This document shows, piece by piece, positions 54,536 through 64,000 of a stretch of 64,000 nt of DNA. Every line of letters begins with the position of its first letter. The first letter of the stretch is position 1. The position numbers were made by a program, and so were the translations under genes. Source of the DNA: Cycas panzhihuaensis (lineage: Eukaryota > Plantae > Cycadophyta); contig CM041465.1 of the NCBI GenBank assembly GCA_023213395.1, positions 105,717,741-105,781,740 on the forward strand. Direction: 5' to 3'. The notes under the pieces are model-generated. The model was not told the DNA's origin and did not search any database. It saw only the letters and a list, made by a program, of their open reading frames with translations.

Positions 54536-55117
54536 TGTAGTGATCTAATTCTACTTTTATAGCAATTTTCCTCAAAAATACAAGTAATAATCCACAAAAC
54601 AATAACTAGATGCTATTCAACAAGAAAAATGAACAATGAACAAGAATTACAGAATCCACAGAAGTAAATAATAGTCTTTATTGTCGAATAATACCAAAAT
54701 AGAGCAAAAGTTCAACAAAGTACCTGTCTTTCCTGAAGACGTGAGCTTCCCTCTTCGAGGCGAGGAACCCTCCAAACTGCAGCACCCAAATGGGTGAACT
54801 AATTGCAGCCCTAGAACCGAAAATGCGCGACAAAAGAATCTCCGACGATGATGAAATGAGGCCGCAAATTCTCCCTAAATAGGCGGCCAAACGATAGTAA
54901 TAGAAGTCGACCAGACTGGGTAATATTCTTCTTAAAATTGCTCAAATAGAAGTCGGCCAGAACTTCTCCAAAAACTGGCAGGCTAACTTTAAATGGCCAT
55001 AACTTTTGATTGAGATGTCGGAATTGACTTTCGTCTGAACCGTTGGAATCCTTGTTCAGAGGCCTTCAATTTAAATGGTTACATGGCATAGTTTTAACTA
55101 GATTTTGGAATGCTACA
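54536..55117 (-). repeat. Composite LTR2 (shared middle LTR, 582 bp)
   Basis: TGTAG...CTACA with a PBS on one side and a PPT on the other. Confidence 0.95.
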
Positions 55118-55149
55118 ATTCCCTCCCCTTAAAAACATGCTTTGCCCTC

Positions 55150-56497
55150 AAAGCATTAGTAAGGGCCTATTTTTATTCATCAATTCTTCAAACTCCTACG
55201 TTGCATCTTTAAGCTCCAATGTCTTCCATTTGATGAGATATTCTTTCATTATCCTGGATCGCAAATTCTTGTCCCTATTCTTCAATATTCCCTTAGGTTT
55301 CACTATCATCATTCCTTCTTCATCCAATGTTGGTAAATTCATTTGTGGAGCCTCCTTTTCGCCCAACTTTTTCTTTAAACAAGACACGTGGAAGATATTG
55401 CAGATTTTGCTTTCTGGTGGCAATTTTAATTGATTTATTGCCTGTTCTAATTCCCTTTTCAGTGGCCGTCCTTGGGGTTCTTCAAGAACTCCTTGATGTT
55501 CTTCTAAGATTGCCTGAATCTCTGGAGGAACGTTCTTTATTTCTACTTTGTAACATGACATTATGTGAGATGATATGAGATGAATTAGAGGTGTGGCTGG
55601 GGCTTGCAGTCGGTATTTGCGTCCTTTTTGTCGAAAACACATAAATCTTGTCATATAATTGGTAACAATATTCCCCAGCATTTGTAGCCATTGAATTCCC
55701 AAAACTACATCCACTCCACCTATGGGCATGGTAAACATACAAGTTGTGACCTTGTAATCGTTGATCTGGAGAGTTGTGTCTTTGTAGTACCCCCCACACA
55801 GCGTTGTTCTCCCATTTGCTATTGACACCTGGAATGTGTTAAGTGGTTTCACTTGTAATCCCAGGTTTTCTGCTGATGCCTTGTTTATAAAATTGTGTAT
55901 ACTCTTTGATTGTTCCTTCTTGATGTAATCGTGTTAACTGAGAAAAGTAATCTGTATTCCAAGAATTGTCATATTGCTTTACTAATCCTGCTCTTAGATT
56001 CTCCTGTGTCATTGCATTGGTAAGTTCATCTTTTTCCACCATTAGTACCATCTTAACGCCCTTCCGTTTAAGTGTAAGGATGCTATTTCCATCTTTTCCT
56101 TAGCTGTGGAGTTATAGACCTTGAAATAGTTCTCCATTTGTAAGACCTAATTAGTGATATTCTTGGATACATCTGGATCGAATTTTTCCAAAGATAATCC
56201 TGCCCCTTTCCATCCATTATCCATGTTGGGAGTTCTCCTTTCGTAAGCTCGTCCATCGAATCTCTTGGTCTCATTTCCTTGATTTTCTTGATCCATTTGA
56301 TCTATCCCTGATGTGGTGGTGTTATCCATTTCTCTACCTGACACATTTTGTGTTGCTTGATCCGTTTTTGCTAGTAACTTCTGGATTAGGATTGTTAGAG
56401 CCCTTATGCTCTGGTTTAATTCTGATGTGTCTTCAATTTTTTCCTCTAAGGTTCTAGATGGGGTTGCCATCTTCTTGTGAATGAGCTTTTTCCCCAA
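55150..56497 (-). pseudogene. gag: Unit 2 gag-protease-chromodomain with a 617-bp internal deletion
   Basis: ORFs 56147-56497, 55839-56051 and 55196-55852 are paralogous to unit 1. Confidence 0.88.
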
Positions 56498-56563
56498 CTT
56501 AAATTTCGTTTCTACTTCCCTTGGGGGGAAATTTTGACTTTTCTAAGCTTTTATCTCTGCACT

Positions 56564-56805
56564 TGTAATAAACCGTTACACCAAAACTCCGAGGTGTTAG
56601 TGAAGAGGGCCCTCCACCAAGTAGACCATTACCTCCCCCCCCGGTTCAAACGGGCTAGCCCCGCTTTCACCGGCGTTCATGCACCCCACAGGCCCCAGTT
56701 ACGACGGCATTTTGTGCATCGGCGACGTTTGGGGCGTCACCCCACCGCCCCCATAAGCGGTGTTGCCCCAACGGGATTTGAACCCGGGTCTTGGCTCTGA
56801 TACCA
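56564..56805 (-). mobile_element. Foreign TRIM-like cassette (PBS, ~150-bp GC-rich internal part, PPT, 69-bp mini/partial LTR)
   Basis: Absent from unit 1. Minus strand reads TGGTATCAGAGCC...GGGGGGGGAG GTAAT...ATTACA AG TG. Confidence 0.65.
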
Positions 56806-56807
56806 CT

Positions 56808-57210
56808 TGTAGCGATCTGTCTTTCCTGAAGACGTGAGCTTCCCTCTTCGAGGCGAGGAACCCTCCAAACTGCATCACCCAAATGGGCGAGCTAATTGCA
56901 GCCCTAGAATCGAAAATGCGCGACCAAAGAACCTCTGACGATGATGAAATGAGGCAGCAAATCCTCCTTAAATAGGCGGCCAAACGATAGTAATGGAAGT
57001 CGACCAGACTGGGTAATATTCTTCTTAAAACCACTCAAATAGAAGTCGGCCAGAACTTCTCCAAAAACTGGCAGGGTAACTTTAAACGGCCATAACTTTT
57101 GATTGAGATGTCAGAATTGACTTTCGTCTAAACCGTTGGAATCCTTGTTCAGAGGCCTTCAATTTGAATGGTTACATGGCATAGTTTTGACTAGATTTTG
57201 GAATGCTACA
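56808..57210 (-). repeat. Composite LTR3 (5'-most, 403 bp; 179-bp deletion)
   Basis: TGTAGCGATCT is joined directly to GTCTTTCCTG; otherwise matches LTR1 and LTR2. Confidence 0.95.
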
Positions 57211-57960
57211 GAGGGGTTGAGGTGCCTTATTTTTTGCTTCAATATGTCGAGCAAAATTGATAGCTGTAGAGATGTTATCAAGTTTTAAGAGTCGCAACTC
57301 ATGTCTGATGTCATCTTGTAACCCACCAATGTACAAAGACTATCAACCCTTATGGAGAGACGTTGGTATTACTAGATAAAGCAGTCCCCTCTTGTCTGAT
57401 TTTAGTTAACTGGTTAAAGTGGTTATGATCCCAGGTACTATCATATTGAGTTATAAGATCCTTGACAAAACCCTCCCATTGATAGCTAAGCCCACCAATT
57501 GTTTTTATACCCCATTGGTGCCATTGGTAGGGTTCAATTTCCATGTGTAGAGAAGCAAGAGGGATTTTCTTATCTGTTGGAACTTGATGAAGAGAAAAGT
57601 ATTGTTCCATTTGGGTGATCCAGGTACGTACATATGTGCCATTAAACTTCTTGATTTCTACCTTGGGAAGGAAGTTCAGATGAAAGCACCTACCATCATT
57701 ACCTTCATCTTCTTTAGCGAAGTGGCCTCCACCTATTTGAGTAGTATCATCAAAGTCAATCTTTTCTTCCTTAAAAGGTTTCATGGATGTGAGCTCTAGT
57801 ATTACTGCTTCAAATTTTTCATTAAAGTCATTTTGGATTTGTAATATATCTCCTCAAAGTTGTGTGATAATATCATTGATATCTTGAGTCTAATTTGGGT
57901 TCATCTTAAGGGCCATTAGTTCACAAGACCTAAGTTGAATCCTAGTTGGTAAATGTGAAT
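57211..57960 (-). pseudogene. gag: gag N-terminal part of the Reina-like element
   Basis: ORF 57350-57784 (LPKVEIKKFNG, WITQMEQYF, LASLHME, FNQLTKIRQEG). Confidence 0.88.
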
Positions 57961-58885
57961 GAAAAGGATTTGGCAAGGTGTCTATAGACTATTATCCCTA
58001 ATATTTTACAATGAGGTAATATAGATTTTTCTTTTATTTTTTTTATTTTTTTATTTTTTTTACTTTTTGTTTATTTTTTTATTTTTTTTGCTTTTTTGCT
58101 TTTTGCCTTTTTGCCTTTTGTTTTTTAATTTTCTTGCTTTTTGGTCACTAGTTAGCTGACTGACTATGTGCGCATGAGCTGATGACAAATTGGCTAGACA
58201 CACTAGATTTAACAAATTGATTATAACTGACTCACTGACTGACTAAGTATGCACAAACCACTAATAGACTGACTAGGTACACTAGGTATGGCCTTGTCTA
58301 GTTTGTAGGCCCTCTGATATATTGATCTCAGTCGTAAATTGTATCAACTTACAGAGGCAAACACTCTACTATGTAGTTGTACTACCTCATCTCTAGCGTA
58401 CGTGGAGAGTAACTTTTTGGGGTTAATTGTTTAACGGTGCACTATAAATTGTAGACGATCAATAGGTTTCATATGGTTACCTATACTAGGAAGGTCTATC
58501 TAGGGGATCCTCTTATATACTCACAGGTACGTGGAGATACAATTCCATAGCCGAGTTCTGTCTAAGGTTTGATTCAAGAGTGTGATCTCTAGTCCTTCAC
58601 ACAAAGGACAGAAAATGCACAATGCACTTAGCCCAAAACAATAGATTTTCGTGATATTTATAGACCCCCGGCACATGGTCTCTATCTAAATGCAAAAGAA
58701 AATTACCTGGTGGCAGTGTTAGGGTAGCTGCTTGATTGCAGTGTTATCTATCCCCAAAAAGTAAAGTAACTAAATGGAAATTAAATGAGAATAGATACCG
58801 ATGAGAAAAAACTGATAGAAAAAAATTGATTATTTAGTACCTTTGAATCTCCCATAAGGAATGGATCGATCACTCTGATATCACT

Positions 58886-59259
58886 TGTTAGGATACCACT
58901 CCTTAATGATAATTGCACACCAATATAATAAGCAAATAATTCCAAAAAGAGCACTTGTATTGCAATACCCTTCAAAGGGGCAACCTCCTAATTACATGCA
59001 ATAACAATGACATTTAAGATACCATACTCTAAGGATTACATAAATATATATATATGGCTCTATGCTCAATACACAACCTCCTCCTTATGCATGCGGGATA
59101 TTACATAAATATATATAGTGCTCAATGACCACTACACAACCTTTTACTTATGCATGTGGGATATTAAGAAAATGGAAGAAGTAGAACAAATAAAAGATAT
59201 AAGAGAGAGAAGAAGTATAAGATATAAGAGAAGGTAAGTTAGGGGTTGGATCCCTAACA
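58886..59259 (-). repeat. 5' LTR of Reina-like element (374 bp)
   Basis: Direct repeat of 47786-48157; adjacent to the PBS. Confidence 0.95.
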
Positions 59260-59696
59260 GTTGGCACAAACAAGTTTTTCTAATTTAATATAATTCTAGT
59301 AAAAATAAAATGTGCTAAAAATCACTTTTTTAGAGATTGTATCATTGCAATTCTGATGCCTGAAGTAGAGGCGTTCTTACTAGTAGCACCAATTATTCTT
59401 GTTGCTTCCTCCCAAGTTATTTGGGGGTCTCGTTTGATAATTTCTCCTTCCTTCAGAAGCCCTGTCATAACTGCTATAGATGCTTCTGAGATCTACAATA
59501 TATCTAGATATTGTGCTAACAAAGGTAATATGGTTTGCAAAAATTCTACCAAATTTGTGAAAGTTCTTACCATTATAAATTCATGCAGCCTTACTTTGGT
59601 AAGTAATCTTTCCCTTTTATCATCCTTTTCTATTACTTCCCATTCAACACGAATTCCAGAGTCGTCTTTCTCTTTAATTAAAATTGTCTTCGTCAT
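59260..59696 (-). pseudogene. Extra ORF of host Gypsy, N-terminal part
   Basis: MTKTILIK...ISEASIAVMTGLLKEGE...NLFVPT; joins in frame to 47785 once the nested element is removed. Confidence 0.75.
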
Positions 59697-60289
59697 AATT
59701 CTGTCTGCTCTAATGTATCGTCTTCCTAGCTGTAATTAATCTGCAATTACCGTCTGCTCTGCGACTGTGGACTGATGTTCTTTTTCGTGACCTCTGAATA
59801 TTGCTGTGATCCTTGGCTGCGAGAATAGACTGTACTTCTTGTCTGGAAATCTAGGTACTTCGGTCCCGACTACAACTATTTTATGTAACTGCCGTCCTCC
59901 CCTCATAAATCTGGTGCAATAACTGTTTGCTACATTATTTAACTACCACCGTGCCTCTTTGAAAAGCTAATTAGAATGTGACTGTTCATCATTTCTTTAG
60001 GTGCTACCGTGCCACATTTGTTGAGGCACCAACTTCCATTAATAGTTGTGCCACGTTGCTTATCTCCGTTATGATGAATATTTAGTCCACAATCGATCTT
60101 ATTTTGTCCGCATCCACGCTCTTGTGTCGTACCTTACCGTAGCACTTTATTAGATGTCACCTCATTTCTTGTAATATCTTTGCATCACACCAATCGGTAG
60201 TTGTCACATCTTTAATGCCTTTTTCTAAGGAGATCTTACCCCTTTGTTATTTGTGCTCATTTTTTTTTTAAATTTTTATTATATATATT

Positions 60290-60970
60290 CTATACAATTT
60301 TATTCTACTGCTATTGATTAATTTGGTCAATGGCTGGCCATCCAACTGCTATAATTTAACATCTCTATTTTTATAAATACGATTAATTCTATAAGGTCCT
60401 AACCACCTTACTTTCATTTTACCGAGCTTAATTTTAAACTTACTATTGTATAATAATACCAAATCATTTACCTTGTACTCAGGTTTTTTAAGGTGGTGAT
60501 CATGCTAAGCTTTTTGCCTTTTCTTTTTTATTTACAGCTCCCATAAAGCTCGTGCTCAAGTCTCGTCTAATTTCATCAATTGTATTAGTCTCTGATCATA
60601 AGAAATTTCAGGTTCCATCCTAAGATGTTGAGCCATCCTCAAACTTTCTGCTTGAAATTCTAAAGGAACCACAACTTCTATTCCATAAGGCAACTGAAAT
60701 GGAGTATGCTTATGTGATCTTTTCTTCATTGTTCTATCTGCCCACAAAAAATAGAATACAAATTTTCTGCCCAACCTGTTTGTTGCCCATTACAGATTTT
60801 CATCAAAGCAATCTTCAGAATTTTGTTTGTGCTCTCCTCTTAACCATTTTCTCTAAGATAATATGGCAAAGATGTGCCGTGTTGTATCAAGAATTCTGAG
60901 GTCAAGTATTTTATTGTTTGATTTAAAAAGCTTCCTCCTTGATTTATTTGACAACAATTCTTCTTTTCAA
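60290..60970 (-). pseudogene. pol: Integrase C-terminal half of host Gypsy
   Basis: NQGGSFLN, PYYLRENG, STNKIL, TPFQLPYGIEVVVPLEF, WLGPYRI. Confidence 0.8.
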
Positions 60971-61399
60971 AGAAAGATACATTTTTCTGGTTAGAAACTT
61001 CAACCAAACTTTCAGACAAAATATACAGGCAATCTCTTTAAGTTTTATTAAAAGAGGGATTTTTTACAAAGCTTTCTTTTTTTCCAAGGTTACATCCTTT
61101 ACTTTTTTTCCAGTTGTTGTTTATCTGGACAGAACTCCATAAGGTAACAATTTGAAGATTTATCTCCTACTTCTTCCCATGTAGATTATAATTAGTCTAG
61201 CAAATATGTTGATGAAACATCATTTGAAATCTGAGGAGGAGTCTTTAGAGCTTGAAATGCCGTTTCTGAATAAGGGCTGACTGTGGTGGCTCTTGAAGTA
61301 GTGGTTGTGGATGCTGTATCTACGTCTTCTACTTTTTCTATTTGAGGTCCATTTGAACAAAGGGGTAATACTACTTTATTCACTGCAGAATATAGAGTA

Positions 61400-63950
61400 A
61401 GGGTTAGTTTTCCCCAATCTTGCAATGCTTCTGTTGCAAGCAGCCATGGTCGTCCTAAAAGTGCATTCTATGTTTTATTTTGATTTTGCATTCTTACAAC
61501 TATAAAATCTAAACATAGTATGATTCTTGCCACTGTAACTGGGATATTCAACAAAGATTCCATTGGTCGAACTTGCAATTGATTTGCCAATCAAATTGCA
61601 TAATCTAGGAAAACCATTTCCAGCCATCCCAATGAAATCTATGTAGTTTCAAGAAGCACATTTACTCTTGATCCATCATCTACAACAATTTTACAAATCA
61701 TTACACCAAAAAGAGTTATAGGGACTTTTGGATCAGTTGCATCTGTCTTCAAGGCCCGCAATACAAGCTTTTCAATTTGATCCAAAATCGCTTGTTGGAA
61801 GTAGTCGACTTCCCACCATCTGAATATTGTAGTAATAAGAATGGAATTTCCTATTTTAATTAATACTTCCCTCATTCCTTGTATTTTCTGCCACAAATTC
61901 TTCCCCAACTGCTCCTCATATATCCTTGATTGTCTTTGATAGATTTGGCCTTTAAATCAATTTGTTTGTTCTTCTTCATCCTGTTGCACAACCCTTGTTG
62001 CCTCTTGTATAGCTTGGATAGCTTTTTATAATCTTGTTTTTTCTACTGCTGGATCAGGAAAATTTTCTGTAACTGGTGTAACAGTAATTTTTCTGCTTCT
62101 TGTTTGAATATAAACTGGTTGTTCTTTGTCCAAAACTTTTGTTGCCAAATTAGAAGTCTGCACTTTTAGACTAGAATTCTTTGGGTAATTTGCCCACTCA
62201 TGATCTGCTGGGCTATATTCTTCGCAGATATAATCTCCTCCTTATTTTTGTAGTGGACAATCTGTTCGGAAATGTCCCCATCTAGAACATAAATGATATA
62301 TGGCAGATTTTGTTTCTCCTTTATACTGTTTAAAGGAAGAATTTTCTTTTCTTTGGTAGAAAGATTCTTTTACTAGATTTTTATAGTAACATTCCCATGT
62401 ATAATAGTTCCCTCTTTTGTAGATGTCGCACCACCTACTTTCCATCTGCTAATGCTCATTTTAAAAATGGTCTGGCTGTCCACAAGGAGGGGGGGGGGGC
62501 ACCAAATATTTTCTCGAGATTTCCCCACTTTTAGTTTAGCTATTTCTGCTCTCAATTTTTTAATTTCTTTATTTTGCTGATTTACTCCAACAGGTACCAC
62601 CAGAGATTGTTGTTTCAGTAGTTCTACTTCTCTTTTCAAGGTTTCAACATATGGATTTATCGTCCATTGGGATAAACTTATTTGCCCTACATTCTGGTTT
62701 CTAGTTTGCAGATATCCTATGCTCATTTGATTCTCAAATCGCAAAGCTAATTCTTTTACTTGTTCATAACTATTTAATGGATGAAAAATGATTTTTTCTT
62801 TTAAATGAGGCAACAATCCTAGAACAAAATATTTTAAGGACAACATTGGATTCAATGGTATAATAGGATCTATTTTATTCAAAATTGTGAGAATAGGAAC
62901 ATGAATAATGTCATAGGATCATATGAATAGTAAAAACACAAAGGAAAGACATTGAACAAGTACACATGGTTTGACAAGTGGAAAACCCCTTCTAGGGAAG
63001 AAAAACCACCTCTTAAAGCTAAATATTATTAATAAAAATGACTTATACAAAGACCTTAATAAATACCATCTACAAACACCAAAACCAGCCTTGAAACCAG
63101 CTTTAGATAGCCTCCTAGATTCTCAGAACCACCTCCTTGAATCTAGGAGATGATATTAATAACTAGAGGTTCGTTGAAATGGGCAGTTGCGCATTTCAAC
63201 AACCTTTCACATAATATATAATTAACTTCTAAACATTAAACATTGGAATCACTTAAATTATAATTTACACATGTGACTAAATAAGACATAACATAAAGTA
63301 ACATTAATAATCCTAACAAGAATAATTATGAGTTTGCCATCAAAATCATTTACCGACTTACCTGGTACTTGCCAGATTTCTTCTAAAGCTTGAAAGATGG
63401 ATATTGGATCCCTTAGTCTCTGGAATCTGTCCAGAAATTATGTTTGTACCACTTCCCATGTGGGATTTATCTTCACAACATACTGGTACCAAGCTATTAC
63501 TGCTCCTCGCAATGTGGGGAAGAATCTTGCTTTGATCTCTTCTGGGTCTTTGATTTTCTTGATTTTCAGCATGTTGGAAAATAAGGCCAAACGATCTCTA
63601 GGATCTCTTGAGCCATCAAACTGTAGACGCCCAAACATTGCATCATTCTAGACTATTACGTATGGAGAGGTTGTCTGATTTCCTCCCCCAGTTGACTGTT
63701 CTTGCATCATGCTTATTGGCCCTAAAGAATTTGATGCGCCTTGCCCCGTCATGTTTGCTGTACTTACTCCTCCTCCTTTACTCCTGCCTTGATTTAAGGC
63801 TACACTTTCTGGACTTTCTTCCAAGAATGTTGAGCTTGAAAACATTCCAGTCATTCTATTGAATAAGGGATTTAATACATGAGAATGAGAATCCTTCACC
63901 TCCACAATATAACAATCCCACCCTACTGTGGTGATACTGTAAACTTCCAA
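61400..63950 (-). pseudogene. gag: gag-protease of host Gypsy, interrupted by a solo LTR and a 71-bp insertion
   Basis: ORFs 63648-63950, 63438-63638, 62373-62882 and 62242-62445 fall into one frame after both insertions are removed; protease VVDDGSRVNV...LLGRPWL follows. Confidence 0.8.
62886..63318. mobile_element. Solo LTR (433 bp) inserted in gag
   Basis: TGTGAGAAT...ATCCTAACA termini; TSD AAAAT/AGAAT; removing 438 bp restores DFDGKLIIILNKIDP. Confidence 0.85.
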
Positions 63951-64000
63951 ACTAATTGATTTCCCTTCTTCTAAGGTAACCTGCTCTTTTTCAGATATTT

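Larger units (their letters stand above)
51815..57210 (-). mobile_element. Three-LTR tandem composite of non-autonomous gag-PR-chromodomain elements
   Basis: LTRs at 51815-52396, 54536-55117 and 56808-57210; PPTs after LTR1 and LTR2; PBS (TGGTATCAGAGC) at 54522-54533 and 56794-56805; a single perfect TSD GAGGG (51810-14 / 57211-15). Confidence 0.95.
47786..59259 (-). mobile_element. Full-length decayed chromovirus (Reina-like), about 6.07 kb without its nested insert
   Basis: Two LTRs, TSD GTTAG/GTTGG, PBS TGATATCAGAG (~58874-58883), PPT AAGGGAGGGA (~48161-48170), gag-PR-RT-RH-INT and chromodomain (EYLIKWKQL...DTIWE). Confidence 0.95.
45704..64000 (-). mobile_element. Non-chromovirus Ty3/Gypsy element (gag-PR-partial INT-extra ORF-LTR) lacking RT/RH; host of nested insertions; 5' end outside window
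   Basis: gag (FDGSRDP, TLRGAVIAWY, CSRWGHFRTDC), protease (VVDDGSRVNV), integrase C-half (STNKIL, TPFQLPYG, WLGPYRI), then extra ORF, purine tract and LTR. Confidence 0.8.

Noticed and set aside
56750-56805. tRNA gene, or 5S-bearing Cassandra element
   Set aside because: Only a T-arm-like piece next to a PBS; no D or anticodon arm and no recognisable 5S rRNA sequence.
51815-57210. Assembly artefact as the cause of the tandem element
   Set aside because: The copies differ by several percent and by private deletions, and the whole structure has one perfect TSD.
59356-59739. 127-aa plus-strand ORF, and similar ones such as 47252-47575
   Set aside because: Antisense shadows of the minus-strand extra ORF.

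Overview
Plant nuclear DNA. The transposon-dense flanks and an 8.6-kb intron suggest a large-genome seed plant, possibly a gymnosperm (inference). It holds one intact host gene, a 6-coding-exon GH28 polygalacturonase-like gene (+, 26515-38901, 471 aa) with a 12-nt first coding segment and a CpG-rich, palindrome-dense upstream island. Left of the gene lie a Tat/Athila-type Ty3/Gypsy element (-, 1-8782), decayed chromovirus remnants, a 5'-truncated L1-type LINE and a solo LTR. Right of the gene is a four-level nest: Copia < RT-less non-chromovirus Gypsy < Reina-like chromovirus < a 5.4-kb three-LTR composite. The two most unusual objects are (1) that composite (51815-57210), two gag-protease-chromodomain non-autonomous units plus a foreign TRIM-like PBS/PPT/mini-LTR cassette inside one perfect GAGGG target-site duplication, apparently mobilised as one unit, and (2) a roughly 552-codon extra ORF of unknown function downstream of integrase in the host Gypsy, which only appears after removing an 11.5-kb nested insertion. 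All alignments and counts were done by eye; no database searches were run.
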